Shown here: piece after piece, positions 1 through 13,942 of the stretch
Numbering within the stretch: the first letter of the stretch is position 1
Layout of the letters: every line of letters starts with the position of its first letter
Assembly: GCA_964188305.1 (NCBI GenBank)
Contig: OZ076887.1
DNA length: 64,000 nt
DNA from: Podarcis bocagei
Taxonomy: Eukaryota
Reading direction: 5' to 3' (one strand)
Position numbers and translations under genes: made by a program
Notes under the pieces: model-generated
Databases searched by the model: none
Told to the model about the DNA's origin: nothing
What the model saw: the letters and a program-made list of their open reading frames with translations, nothing else

Positions 1-51
1 ATACAATGCAAACCTTACAAACAATTGTAGCAGACATTTAACAGCAAGACA

Positions 52-53
<2 letters not shown>

Positions 54-113
<60 letters not shown>
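54..113. repeat. (TA)n microsatellite
   Basis: About 30 perfect TA units. Confidence 0.95.
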
Positions 114-115
<2 letters not shown>

Positions 116-929
116 TGCCAAAGAGCAAAATAAAATATCAATAAAACAAATACAATCTGCACAAGATATTATTCCTGCAGAGACAGGATTCATTTTTTAA
201 AATGTACGAATTGTGTTGAAAGCTGACCTCTCTCTCTACTCTAAAATGCTGAGAATAAAGTAAGCAATGGCAAACTGTTCCATGTAATAATGAAGTGCCT
301 GGCTGTTTTAATGTTTGGTTCTGTAATGGATTCAATTAATGGTTGCCTGAGGACAGAATTTAACTTCTAAACTCCTTTTATTTTATATCTTCCTGCTCTG
401 AAGGCTCTGTTGACAGCAAGGCTCTGCTGTTTTACCCCAAATCAATATAACATGCAAACGTTTTCTTTTTCTTGTCAGTAACTCTGTAAAGAATAATTCC
501 GCTTCCATATTATTTTTGCTCCCAAAAATGCAAACCTGAAAAGGATGCAGAATAAAATTATTTCCATAAGTCAATCTAAATGAATAGCACCTAGGAAAGT
601 TATACAGTACATTCTTTCCAGATCTTTATGTTCCGCCAGTGATACACTATTAAGGGTAACACATGATGTTTGCCTTGCTTCAGCAATAAACGAGGCAGTT
701 GGTGTGTCTGTGCCTTGCTTGTGGAACTCTTTGTCCTTTAATATTAAGCATGCACCACCAGTACAGTACTTTGTTTCAAACACCTGCTTAAGACTCCTCT
801 GTTTACACAGACCTTTTCTGATGCATTGCTCAGCGATCAGCAATTGTGTATCCCTGTCTAGATGTTGACTAAGCATTTTTATCCTATTTTATGGATGTGT
901 TATGTTCACCGCTGATATACTTTGTTTAT

Positions 930-1200
930 TGTGCTGTATATAAGCCTACATACCAGACCAGATTCAAAGTGTTTAAAGCTCTGAATAACCAGGTTCCTAA
1001 GTATCTGAGAGAATGCCTTCAACCACACAGACCTGCCTGCGCCTTGAGATCTTGGAGAAGTACCTACATAGCGTAGTAGGGACTCAGGGAAGGGCCTTTT
1101 TGAAGGTGACTCTGTGTTTTGTAATTCACTCTCTGCTGACATTACACTGTTGTAGAAAACGAGTCAAGATATACCTCTTTCAGTATTTTCTTTTTGGAGG
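930..1200 (+). mobile_element. Degenerate L2/CR1-clade LINE 3' fragment
   Basis: Residual translation RFKVFKALNNQVPKYLRECL..RPACALRS resembles the L2 ORF2 C-terminus; boundaries approximate. Confidence 0.5.
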
Positions 1201-1979
1201 AGAGGTGAGGTGAAAAATTTATAGATTCAGAGTAATTTAATGCTGCTGTCTTTCTTCCCTGTGTTGGGACTTAATATAATTATTTTTATTATATTTTGTT
1301 GTAGGCTATTATATATTTTTCTTGATGTAAACCAGGGTCTACTGGTGAAGGGTGTAATACAAAACCCTTAAATACATGGGGGATTAAGAAAGTGATATAA
1401 CTTGTTACCTACCTCTGATAGGAAAAAGATTAACGGACTTTTAATTTGTGTTTGTGGTGAGTAACATATTTTGTTCGGTGCAACTGTTAATGTATTTTGT
1501 TCTGTCTATGAAACACTGGAACGATGGAACTTGCCAACTGATGTGGGAAAGTTTAACGCTGAAGAAACTACACAGACCATTTCTTCTAATAATCCTGCCA
1601 ATCTGAAATTATCTGCTATCTTACTTTTCAATGTGTTTAGAGAGCCTGTTGCCTAATTTGTCCATAAATGATTCACAGCTACACCTACACTCATAATAAA
1701 ACAGCACATTTTATTGGGGAAGTTTGATGGTGGTGGATATGTTAATAAGTTACATATAAACTTGGACTTCTAAAAGAAAAGTATAGAGCTTATAAAACTC
1801 TGGATTTTCATGTTTAAGTTCCTTATTGGACTTTGCCACCTATGCTCAGTTAAGAACATTGCAAAACTTAGTAGCAACAGCTTCTTAAGGCATAATGTAG
1901 TCCAAGTTAAGCACTTTAAGAGCATTTTCTCCCTGTCATGCCACCACTGGAGTAATCCTTTTCAGAGGATGACCTAGAG

Positions 1980-2115
1980 CAGGCATAGGCAAACTCAGCC
2001 CTCCAGATGTTTTGGGACTACAACTCCCATCATCCCTAACTAACAGGACCAGTGGTCAGGGATGATGGGAGTTGTAGTGCCAAAACATCCAGAGGGCCGA
2101 GTTTGCCTATGCCTG
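1980..2115. mobile_element. hAT-Charlie-type palindromic MITE (136 bp)
   Basis: TIR CAGGCATAGGCAAACTC...GAGTTTGCCTATGCCTG, near-complete internal palindrome, perfect 8-bp TSD ACCTAGAG (1972-1979, 2116-2123). Confidence 0.92.
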
Positions 2116-2668
2116 ACCTAGAGCTTCTCAAAGCAAACATCACAATGCAGCATCCCTCATCAAAGGACCATGAGGTAGGGCAGAAGGATTCAGGGCCTTC
2201 AGGGTCACAGTAACCTAACCACCTCAAGATACAGAATATAAGGTGGAAACAGAGTGGCCACTAAGTCCTAAGGAGCACAAGCACCTAAAGATGCAGGCTT
2301 CGTCAGTCAGAAAGCTTGCCAGAGGAAGAAGGACCCCTTGGGACTCATGAGTTAGCTATTCCTTAAAAGTAATGGGTACCACGCCCCTGCAGGCAGTGTG
2401 CCACACCCCCAGGACACACACCACACCCCTGCGGGCGGCGTGCCATGCCCCCGAGATGTGCACCAGCCCCCGCCTGCTCTCTGGCCCCCAGTGCCGGAGC
2501 ATGAAGCTCCGTCACTGTCCTTGACTTGCATCCCTGTTTGCCTGGGGCCCCTGTTTTTGGACCTCCCCCTGTTTCTAGACTTTTTCAGTACCTGCTGAAA
2601 ACCCATTTGCTAGCAAGCAATACCAGTTGGCTTCTGTTTGTTTTCCATTGACCTATGGCTGCTGGGGC

Positions 2669-2709
2669 TATTATTATTATTATTATTATTACTATTACTA
2701 TTATTATTA
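2669..2709. repeat. (TAT/TAC)n microsatellite
   Basis: Seen directly. Confidence 0.85.
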
Positions 2710-4614
2710 GCCTTTATTTTTCTGTACATTGTCTTGTTGCTGCAGTGAAAGGTGATATAGAAATAGTTTAGTTAATAATAAAACAGGGCTAAGGAAACTG
2801 TTTTCTAATACCTTGCCAAAAGGCTCAATTCATGCTGTTCATGGTCCCATGGATTTTTCATTGATATGCCTATACCTGCTGCAGTTATCCTAATAGGCTT
2901 TATGGGAGAGGGTTGCATATTTGAATTCACATCAACATTAATTACAAATAGGCTCATATTCATTTTTAATATGAATTTACCCTTCAAAGAGTGCATGAAT
3001 GAATGCATTTAATTTGTAGGTATGCAGATAATTTGTTCTGCTTCTGAAGCTGGTTGGTTCGTATTGCTAACTTGTGCAATAAGCTCCGCAGCACCTTGCA
3101 AATAGAATCCATACTTTTCCACTGGGTTGTTGTAGTGGAGGACAGAACAGTTTCGCTTTCATGAGGTATTCTGGGACAAAGAGCAGCCTCGTACTTTTAA
3201 AGACTTATCTGACTTGCAACACATATATTGTGCATCAAAGTCCATTAACAGCACGACTAGTGTTTTTGACAAGGAGTTAGGAAGCAGCCTCCTGAAACCC
3301 ATGTCATATTGTCTTATTTTTTATGGAATGACTTGGCACATTACATGGATATTTCCCCCCAGAAATAGGCATGTATATAAACCTTTCCCATCTAAGCACA
3401 GCAAAGACATGCAGGTTTGCTCCTGTGACTTAAATGTATAATTAGGAAAACCGATTTAAGCTTGCATACCAGAGAGAAAATTCAGACATATTAATATTAG
3501 GTTTTGCCTACCACCTGCAAACTCCAACTCTAACAACTAACTGAATCAAGTTCTGATCTCTGGAGTTCTGTATAAATACTACTAAATTGAACCAATAGAT
3601 TAATTTTCTTTATGGGAAATGATTTATATGAAATGGGTTGCACTTGTAAAGGACTAGTTGTGTGAGATAGCTCTTCAAAGTGTACCCCAGCTTCAAACAG
3701 GGTTGTTTCTAAGGTAGGAGTAGACCCATTGAAAGTAATGTACATAGGCTAGTCATATCCATTAATTTCAATGTCTACTCTGAGTAGGCTGCTCTTTTCT
3801 TTTCTTTTTGCAATCTTCAGTAAGCCTCTAATTCTTAAAAATGTTTTATTAATTGTACACCAAATGGTCCCAAGGTGGATTGCAAAAATTCTCACAATTA
3901 AAGCAAGCGAATTTTACATAATAATACTAATAATACTAATAATAATAAATCACAAAAATAACCAATGGCAAAGTTAACAACACAGCGGCAATGCACAGCA
4001 ATGCAGTCCTGTGTTTATGGAACTTTGCCAAGTTGACCTGTTCTGTGTACGGAAAGCTGAGAAATGAAATTGACAAGATGTTCTTGTGCTCGTGGGAGAC
4101 ATGTCCTGCATTGCAGAAGGGGGTGTGGAGTTTCCCTAATAATAATAATAAAATAATAATAATATAAATTTAATAAAGAAACCAGAAGGCCTGAAATATC
4201 TCTGGAGTTGCTGCAAAGGAGATAATTCTGCTGATGCTTGCTATTTCAGTTTAATGAGTCTTGTGGCAAGTGTTTGTGCACTCAAGCTAATTTATATATT
4301 AAAGCCATTAAAAAAGTATACCAAATAATGGGAGATGGAAAGGTGGGGTGGGGTGGGCAAGAGAGATTGTGCTACTTCTCATGGGTACTGTCCAAGGTAC
4401 CCAATTAACTTGTGGGAAAATTGCAGTCCACTTAAAATTTAACAATTGCAAAGAAAGCAGTGAGTGGGTTTCTGCCACCAGACTATATTGTGGTTTGGGT
4501 GCTGGCATCATGCGACTTTCCTGCAACAGAAGTGCTAGTTTGAGAAAAAGCACCTGCATCTCCTGCAGCAAGTGCACTGGCTTCAGAAGAGAGAGCACAA
4601 TTAAGGTCCTCATC

Positions 4615-4820
4615 TATAATGCATTTATATCCCATCTTTTTCTTCAGGGAACTAAAGGTGGCATAAGGGTTTTCCTGCTCATTTAATCCCCACAACAAAT
4701 GTAGGTTAGGCTGAGAGGCAGCGACTAGTCCAAGGTCACCCAGTGAGCTTCAGGCCTAACTAAGTGAGGATTTGAACCCTGGTCTTCCAGGCCCTACAAT
4801 AACCACTGCACCACACTGAC
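4615..4820 (-). mobile_element. Old L2-tail tRNA-derived SINE (Squam3/MIR-like)
   Basis: tttatatccc tail, ccaaggtcacccagtgagctt core, ggatttgaaccc (reverse-complement B box). Confidence 0.55.
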
Positions 4821-5036
4821 TAATACAGTAAATCCAAACAATATGTGTAAGGATCTTCAATACAGAGTCATAGTGTATTGTGACAGAGGACTGATGCTTC
4901 TGCAAAGGGCCATGAACAATGAGACAACAAGGCAGAGTTTAGAGTACTCCTATGTGTGGTTTGTTCAAAAAATAAAAACTTAGTCAGAAAGAACTGGGAA
5001 GAATTTGGTTAAATCTACAGAGGAGTTAATATACTG

Positions 5037-5190
5037 GGAACATAAGAACGTAGGAAATTGCCTTATACTGGCCTATCTAGCTCAGTATTGTCTGCACTGA
5101 CTGGCAGTGGCTCTTTGGGATTTCAGACAAGGGCCTCTCCCAGCCCTACGTGGAGATGTGCAGAGCTGATGGTCTACCACTGTGTCACAG
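5037..5190 (-). mobile_element. CR1-tail SINE/LINE fragment
   Basis: aacataagaac CR1-type tail followed by ctagctcagtattgtct..ctgactggcag; related copy near 11845-12000. Confidence 0.5.
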
Positions 5191-7269
5191 TCACCCTAAT
5201 AGCAGCATAAGAAAGCTAAGAAAGGGAAATATAATGTCAAATAAGACATAAGAAGGTGATAGGCACACAGGAATCTAAAGCAGGGTAAAGGAGGGGAACA
5301 AAACGAAATCATCAGCATGCTTAAATTGTCATGGATAACTACTTGGAAAGTTGGGAGAGACAAAAAGGGAAACAGGGAGGCAGGGGAGATCAGAGTTGGA
5401 ATATCTTTCTGAAAATGAATGGGGTAGAGGGGGACACTCCCCCAGGTTTCCTTTTTGCTGGGAACCAGGCGGTTTCCTTTTTGCACTGGAGAGACCAGGG
5501 TTACATGGACTGCACTTTTATATTCATCATGGCTATTCAATGTGTACTTGTGCTCCCCTACCCATTGTGACTAGTCCTGTGCTAGCTTACCCTTCCAGAC
5601 AAAATGGAAGCTTGATGTTGACAGTTTGATGATTGGGGTTTGTAGTGGAGCTAAATCCACCAGTTAATGAAATGAGGCATTAACTCAGAATAAAGAAGTA
5701 GGATCACACTATTTTGTCTACTTATTGGCATGCAGCGTATGAAGCAATGTGTTAGATGCCAATATAAAACATTCTCGTAACACTAATAATTAGTATTCAA
5801 GCAGCATAAGTACTTATGAAAGAGACAGACATTTTTCTCTGCATCACATCACACAAACAATGCTGCAATATTTTAAGACCCTGTGTGCACAATGTAAAAC
5901 TGAAAAGACTCAGCCCACTCCAAAAGACAAATAAATAATGTAGTAATTAGGGGTGTTTTGGTTTGGGTTTTTTTGCTAGCATAGCTTGAAATTCTAAGTG
6001 CCCTTTATGAACAGCATAATTGGGACTAATTTGCTTATTAACCTTAACCACAACAACCTGGGAACCAAATGACAAGGGAGGCAAAAGAATGGCTTATCAT
6101 TGTAGGCAAAATGTGCATGTGGGTGAAGTCTACACAGTTGCACTATATAAGGTAATTCCACGGAAGAAACTTCTTTGCAGATGACTAAAAACACCTGCTT
6201 ATGGGGCATGTGGGGACAGGGAAAGGTATGCCAAATGCCACTTAATTGTAGGGAAAGGTCTGGCTAAAAAGAAACTCCAAAAGGAGAAATGGAAGCAATC
6301 TATTGAGAGACACCCCTCTCTATGCTAGGCTTGAAGCAACTTGCATAAATGTTTGAACCTGAAGTCCATTATGGTCTCCTGGTGGCATCTCAAGTGCGGT
6401 GCCTGTGAACACCCTTCCCAAAATTTTACCATTGTTTAAACTGAGGGTTGGTTTTTTTGTTTTTTGTTTTTTTGCAAGGGGTGGTTATTTGGAGGAAATG
6501 CCCTATTTTTGTGGGGAGAGTATTTCTGCTTCTTTGTGTTTTATTTGCAGTGTCTATATGTATTCTTCCTGTTTGCTGGAGGGTTCTGGACATCACACTT
6601 TTTAATTATTCTGTGAAATGTGTGTTTTGTGGTGCCCACAACAGTTCCTTCAGTTTCCAAATGTGCCCCTAGGCCCCAAAACACTGGGGACCTTGGATCC
6701 ATACTCCGTATATGGGACAAAAAATGTTCACTGAAAGGAGAAGGAGGTGAATACTGATGGTTCAAAAAGACTTGGGGGTAAGATAGACGTGAGCTGGAAC
6801 TGGAAGTACAGTAAGCAATAGGGAAACTGGCAACACAGGAGAGCAAGTGGATGCAAAATAACTACCTATTACCCTCCACTGCTCTGTTTTGGTTTGCATT
6901 AGAAGTCCAGTGTGGATTATCTCTCATCTTCTGGCCGCAAAAGGAAAAAACAAGGAGGAGTGCATGAGCAGGAGGCCCAGGGGTTCACTGTGTTTTTGAT
7001 CTAGGGTGTGAAGGATCATCCATAGCTGTTGCTGGTATTTGTGTGCACTCTCTCTTAAAGGAGGATCAGTAAAGGCACAAGCAGGTAGGTGAGCTAATGA
7101 GTCTTGCTATGTGATTTCCAAGAGCTATGGGTAGATTCCTTGCCCCAGGAGAGCATAGTCATGCCTTCTAGCTCACGACTGATGAACATCATAGGGAGTT
7201 GACCTTGTTTTCAAGCATATTTGCTGTGGTGACCTGATATTTGGGCTTGTGCTACTTTGGGATGGGCAA

Positions 7270-7365
7270 TATGGTGTCCTTCGGATGTTGCTGGGCTACA
7301 ACTCCCATCCATCAGCCCTTGAGCATGACCAGCTGGAAGTCCAACAACATCTGGAGGGTGCCACG
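7270..7365. mobile_element. Degenerate copy of the palindromic hAT MITE family
   Basis: gatgttgctgggctacaactcccat...gtccaacaacatctggaggg resembles 1980-2115; further decayed copies at about 19610-19690 and 28235-28345. Confidence 0.55.
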
Positions 7366-10300
7366 GCAGCTTTCCCTGTGTTACACGGTGTGGGATAATC
7401 CAGTTGTGGATACATTGGGGTGGTTTTCTTCTTCCTTGATTTGGTTCAGCCATTGACTGAAGAGGTTAATTAATCCACCTATGAACATGTTGGAGACTGT
7501 AATGGATGATGTATTTCAACAGCTGCTAGTCACAGTGACTGTATGAGCTCCCCAGGTTCAGAAGCAGCATGCTGCTGAATAGCAGTTGATGAGAAATGAG
7601 AGTTGGGGTGGCTATTGCTATCTTATTCTGCTCTTGTGTTTCACAGAGGCATCTGGTTAGCTACAGAAAAAAATTGGATGCAGGGCTGGATGATCCAGCA
7701 GGGCTGTAGTTAAGCTCTTAATGAATTGGCCAATTTTTCCAAGGACAACTAGTCTTGTAAATAGGGTCAAAGTTGGCATTTTAGCTTGAGTCTGAATGGA
7801 TTTGAAAAGCAAACCTCCCCCTCCCCACTCCAGTCTTGTTGAAATTCCTGCAGTTCCTTTGTAGTAGGCCAGGACTCACCTGTGAATTACTGAAGCATCA
7901 TGGCTGCTCTGCTGCCAGAAGTTTGTGTCATCCCAGCACTTTGAATCATATGCAAGACCGAGAAGCTCATAATTTATTATTATTGGCAGCCCAGTTGGGT
8001 TCTCCTCACCCCCTGCTGTGGGAGTGCATATGAATAAAATTATATTCTAGTTTATTATCACATTACAAGAGACACTTTAAATCATTTCCTTGATGCTTTC
8101 AATAGCAGGTATGCATGGCAGCACACTCTAGTGTATAGAATCTTCCGCATATACTTGTATATACAGCCTTTTGGAGAAAACATTGCATATAAAGTGGTTG
8201 TCTTAAGGGAAGCCCAGCAAATTTAACTAGATTTTTATTTAATTTTTTATGACCATTCAAATACCAATAGAGAAGTAGGTCCCCCCACTTGTTGTTATTC
8301 TGTCTACTACCACCACAAGCTTTCAACTAAACTGTCAATCAACTTACACAGCAGGAGATAAAAAGAGAGGTGAGAAGTGCTATAGACATGAATATACAGG
8401 AATCTGCATGTCAAGTAGCCCCAGGAACTGTGACCAAATATTGTTAAAATCTACTCTTAATACACCTGTTAAATGCTACCCACTCTTGGCAGCCAAGTTA
8501 ATGTAAGAATAAATCTTGGCATGAGGTATATTTTCATTCCTTCATAAACCTAACAAAAATTGAGGGTTATTCCCCAAACAACATGCAAAATAACTAACTA
8601 CCGTAACTGTGTTGAACCTCCAAGCTGAAAAAGCAGTACCAAGATCAACACGTTTGCCTTTTGGATGTGAATTTAAAGTAATATGCCAAGACAGAATAAG
8701 CGAAGGAGGGGAGAGATGTCTGCTTAAAGGTGTTCTAAATGTACAGAGTTTTCTTTTCCTTTTGGCAATGAGAGATTTTTCAGGGTCATCATTTTCTAAA
8801 GGGTTTATTTGTATTTCAAACAATACTAAAATTATAATACTAACGCAGCCAAGCTTTTGGGTTTTACTGCATCTAAATGTATAAAGATTTTTTTAAAAAA
8901 GTAGGACAGATTAAATGATGCATTCCAGTCATCTGGTTCCTGTTCTTACTGATTGTTTATAGTTCACAGGGCAGTGGTGGCGGTGATGCCCCATGTCTAA
9001 ATTCTAACATGTTTTCTGAGCAAGAGTTTTGATACCTTTAATCTGGGCTTGAAATGCTCCTGGTCATTTCATGCCAAGCCACATACTTAATGGACGTAGA
9101 TACTTAATGATAGAACCATGACAAAATAATAGTAAAAAGAAATAGCATCTTTTTTGTGTTTGCTTATAAACCTTTTATATTCATGCTCTCCCCCCCCCCA
9201 AAAAAAAAATTGAAAACAGCAGAAGAGATTTGGAACAAAAGAAGGCTAATAAACTGCACACACTTTTAAAGGGCAGAGTCGTGTCTTATTTCCTCCAAAG
9301 CTTGGCTTGTTATCCAGCTGCTCTGACCTTGTGTAGTTTCATCTGCAGTGGAGTGGCCAAACAAATCACAGTTAAATATGGCTGCTGGGTGCAGACATGG
9401 TGCCAAAACAAGCCATGGGTCACAGGCCAACAACAAACATGGCTTCACATCATAGTTAGTTATTGGAAAACAAACCATGATTGGTCTTCAGGGCTGGGTT
9501 TGAACATCCAAGCAAACCGCACTTATGATTTAGTGCTATATGTGAACCAGGCCAATGTTTCTTTCTGTCAACCATTTTTTATGTTGTCTGTGGGTCCATT
9601 TATCCACTTGTGTACAGACTAGTCTATCCTGACATGTTGGGAACCACCCCAGAATCGTCATTATGTAAGGCAGCCTATTTGACCCACAGAAATGGTGTTA
9701 TGGCATTGCTGGCAGATTGTAGCTTGTATCACTCTAGAAAATGTGTGTGAAGCTTCTGAAGGTGTTGTCCCAGTGGATATGGGGGGCAGATGTGGTTTGC
9801 CCAGTGAGGCAGAGCCACAAAGAAAGCATCCTTTCAGGTATGCCACTGTGCTTACCAGGATGGGAAGGAACAATGTGGTGGGAAGGTTGGCATAGTGTGA
9901 GTACAGCAGCAAGAGTACCAGATTGACTCAGCCACTGCATCAAGCCAACCACCCCACTCCCTCACCTCTCTCCCTCCTGGTAGGCACCAAACAAGACACT
10001 TCTGATGGAGACAGAATTGGCACCGTAGCTGGTTGTTGTAGTTTTTTAATTGGGTCTGTGTTGTGATCATAGAAGTCTATATACATACAAAAGGCATCTG
10101 GAAAAGGCCAATACCATTGGGTGTCGGGCTAGAGACCTCTGTTTTAGAAAGTAGTGGGCAAAACAATAAATAAGAGAACTTGTAGAGGATGAGGACTGGG
10201 GAAAGTGCAATGTGTGAGCTAGAAACTTCACTTTTAAGAGAGCAAGTGCTGGTATTAGGACATTTCATTGAATGCTTTCCTTCTGTCTGTCTCAACTTAA

Positions 10301-12036
10301 CTCAGCTTTGTAATGACTTATAACCTAAATCAGTGCTGACCTTGGCATTTGAAGAAGACGACAGCAACCTATTCTTGACAGTTTCTCCTGCAGAAACTGT
10401 TTGGCATTCTTTCAACATTGACTGTGGCAATCTTATTTTCAAGCAAAGACAGTGTCTGTAAACAATAGCTGGGTATAGTGTTTGTGTTTCAGCTCTGCTG
10501 CTTAAAACCCCAGGGTACTGTGCATTAGGGCACCTCATCTTTCATATTTTTAAAAATAGAGCTAATGGTATAACATTTTGCTCTATATACACATGGTATT
10601 CTGTCTTTTGGCTGTGCATATATTTGCTCCCTATCCTGCAGCATAAATCTCTGTTGATGCACACCTGTTTATTGTTTTTAAACTTGTACATCCACACTCC
10701 TTCTTGTCCCACTGCTTTCCCCGAGGGAAAGCCAGTCTTTGGCGCTCAGTCGGAGCAAATAACAATTTGGGTTTCCTCCGGATTGATGGTTGTTCCAATG
10801 CAGCACTAAAGAGCAGGTTTTCCGTGGGAAAGGAGTGGGGCAAGGGGAAACCCTCTCAGACCCATGCTTTCTAGGCATGGTACAAGCGGAAGTGTGACAA
10901 GCCCTGATTGTGTGCACACATCTTTTACATACATGAGCAGTTTTCAAAGATTGGAACTGGCAGCTTCAATTGCATCAGCACTGGGAGGCAAAGCTGAAGC
11001 AATTGAACCGCAACAGTGCTATTTTGAAGCCTCCTCAGCATGGAGGAACCCTGCCGAATAGTGAGTGTTACAGTGATTCAGCAGCTAAATATTCCAGGGT
11101 CTGTGGGTGTACTTTGTTGCCTCCTTGCTGCCTCAGTGTAGTAGGTCTGCTTTGTTGTTGTTGTTTGTAGTTTACCCTCAAGGAAAATCAACATTGTGGG
11201 AGTTGAACTTGCATAAACTCTCTGCAGAAGGATCACAATATCATCTAATTGCAGAGGAGCTCAGAAGCGATATTTGAGATCATATTTCACATCGAATACA
11301 TCCCACAATAATGTAAATTATGGATTATTTACTGGATAAAATAATTTTAGAATTTGTGGAGAGGTGGTAGGTTTCTTTAGGCTATCAATAGTATTAATAT
11401 TTAATTCCTCTGCTATGTATACAATCTATAGGATTTGTATGATGTTGCATTAGATATAGCTTTGGCATGCATGCATGCCAATTTGTCCATCTGTTCTTTC
11501 ATCCCCACAGGGCAAAACTAGCATGGCATTTACTCATAATCTCTTCTGTTTTAGTACCTTATTTTCTGAGCTGTAGTGAAACATTGACATTATGAAAGTG
11601 CCTAAGCAATTGTAGGTGAGGGACACTATCCCCATCTTTTCAGCTGTGTTTGTGTGTGAAGTCCATTCACAGAGCTGTAATTTTAAAGTTCTTGAGTAAA
11701 ACTTATCTTATAAATAAACTGTAACGTTGGCAGGAAAAGGAAAAGTGAAGTGTTCGTTTTGCATCTATTAAAGAGATGGTTCAAATTTAAAACCCATCAC
11801 TGTACAGAAGAGCACACACCCACACACCCATGCCAAGTGGCTAGGGACACAGGAAGCTGCTGAAAACTATATCAGACTAGTTGTCCATTTAGCCCAATAT
11901 TTTCTACTCATGCTGGCAGCAGTTCACCAAGGTCTCAAGCAGAGATTTTCCCCCATTAACCTTTTAATTGGAGATTGAACTTGGGACCTTGTAAATGTGA
12001 CATGTGTGCCCTCCCTCTTAGGTTCAGGTCTTCCTC

Positions 12037-12663
12037 TGTTATGACTCTGACCCTGAGCAGCAGCCAGGACTCTGAATCAGCTGGTTTAGGAAGATAAGTG
12101 GTGCTCATTTCAGGTCCTAGAACTGATCTGGAGCTTGTCAGCTAAGAGCTTATTGAACTGGAACCCCTAGAGAAAGTACCCTGAGCCATATTCCTCTGAG
12201 GAAATAGTCTCCCTTTGTACTCATTAGTGCCTGTTCATTGCTGCCCAGTGACCAGCTCAGACAACTTAACAAGGCAGGAGCAGATTGAGAAGTGCTATTC
12301 TCTAGGCTAGAAGACTATTCCTTTAAGACTTCCCTCTCTTCAAGAAGGAAGTGGAGCTTGAGAGTCTCTCATCTGTGAAGATCCAGTTGAAACCAATTGT
12401 CTGCTTGGAGCTGTCCAAGGTCCTGCAACTATTACCAGGTCCTACCTGCCCGTTCTAAGGTACACTTAGGCATCCATTGTCTATGGGCTCCTGCAGTGGC
12501 GTAGCGTGGGGGGTGCAGGGGGGGCCGGCCGCACCAGGCGCAACATCTGGGGGTTAGGGTTAGGGGGCGCAAATCCACGGGTTAGGGGGCGCAAATTACT
12601 TGCCTTGCCCTGGGTGCTGACAACCCACGCTACGCCACTGGGCTCCTGCTCATGTTCAGAACA
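12037..12663 (+). mobile_element. Degenerate LTR-like element, interrupted by a hAT MITE
   Basis: Begins TGTT, ends about AGAACA. Shares GAGCTGTCCAAGGTCCTGCAACT (12408-12430) with the reverse complement of 29348-29370 (GAGCTATCCATGGTCCTGCAACT). No clear TSD. Confidence 0.4.
12494..12640. mobile_element. hAT-superfamily MITE (147 bp) containing TTAGGG repeats
   Basis: Perfect 17-bp TIR CAGTGGCGTAGCGTGGG / CCCACGCTACGCCACTG; perfect 8-bp TSD GGCTCCTG (12486-12493, 12641-12648). Confidence 0.93.
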
Positions 12664-13941
12664 GGATACCCCTGTAATTCTTGCCCTGGCTTTCAATAGC
12701 CTTTTAAAATGATTACAAGGCAGCTGAATTACACGAAAATCTCATGGCACATACAACTTTCTGTCATGTCTGATAGATTATAATCAAAGAGTTGGTGTTG
12801 GGGAGACAGATGAAGCAAATGGATGCTTATGTTGTACTGCTCAATATACTGCTTATTTATTATGTTGGTTCTTAGCTTATTCCAAAATAATATATCCAGG
12901 GATATCTCATGGAGATGTCTGTATTCTATATGCTGTATTCATATTGGGCAAGTCCTTTATATTGACTGAGAAGAGACAAGTTATCTGTACCCTTGGGAAA
13001 TCTCCAGAGATATCTTAACAGTGAAAAAGAATGGATTATTGAACTATTAACCTTCTCACAGTGTCTACTGGAACAGTGAATAATCTAATGGCATGGGTGC
13101 ACACACAGACACAAGAAATCTATTTTTGGATTAGATGAATAAGTTTTGCTATTTGCTCTTTCCCCATGTAAATTGGAGTTGTCCCTGGAGGACTACACAG
13201 AAAGGCTCTTACCTGACCTTCCCAGTGCAATCCTTTGTCCCCAACAAGAGCCTCAAGAATCCTGGACCCTCATATCTTAACAGAGTTTTTTTTTTAGCCC
13301 AGGTTCCTTTTAAAGTGGGTCATGTTTTATCACACTTAGACCAGGGGGGTTCATGGAAATTTTGTCATGACTGTAATCATTCAAAAGTTCTGTTATTAAG
13401 ATTAAGAGGAAATCCTTAATTCTCAAAGGATTTAAGTTTGATGGACAAATAGTACTTGAAAATAACAGAGTTAAAGAAGTCTAAGCATTGCCAAGTTCTG
13501 CCATGCAGCAAGGCCATCTGTATAGCAGGCCCCGCAGACTGAGCACAGGTAGAAAACAACTGTATTAAAGAAAGTACCTGCAGAGGAAATAGCTTAAGAA
13601 GCCAGCCTTGATGTGCTTGCACTCTGTGCAGCAAGGAGAGAGCTAAACTGCTCTTTGTATTTACAGTAAAGGTCTGTGGTGACTGCCAGTCTATTTTCTC
13701 CACCAGAAGAGAATGTTAAAGGACACCGAGAGTGCATATGCATACATCAGCTTATGACTGTAATGTTTGCTCATCTGTAACCACATCCATGCAATATTTT
13801 GCTACTATTGTAAGTGATGCTCCATGGTGGTGGTGCATGTAGTGCTCATGGTCTGTTTTGATACAGTGCAAGGTTGATGATAAATTAACCATGCAAATTA
13901 TTCAAGCAACAAGATGCAAAGGGCAAGCAATGAATCCTTAT

Positions 13942-13942
<1 letters not shown>

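Noticed and set aside
40-113. AAGACACC before (TA)n as another Penelope end
   Set aside because: The match is only ~8 nt and lacks AAAACCTGCAT; the (AT)n at 24751 also has no pLTR
12549-12590. Relic chromosome end or telomere fusion site
   Set aside because: Only three TTAGGG units, wholly enclosed by the TIRs and TSD of a MITE
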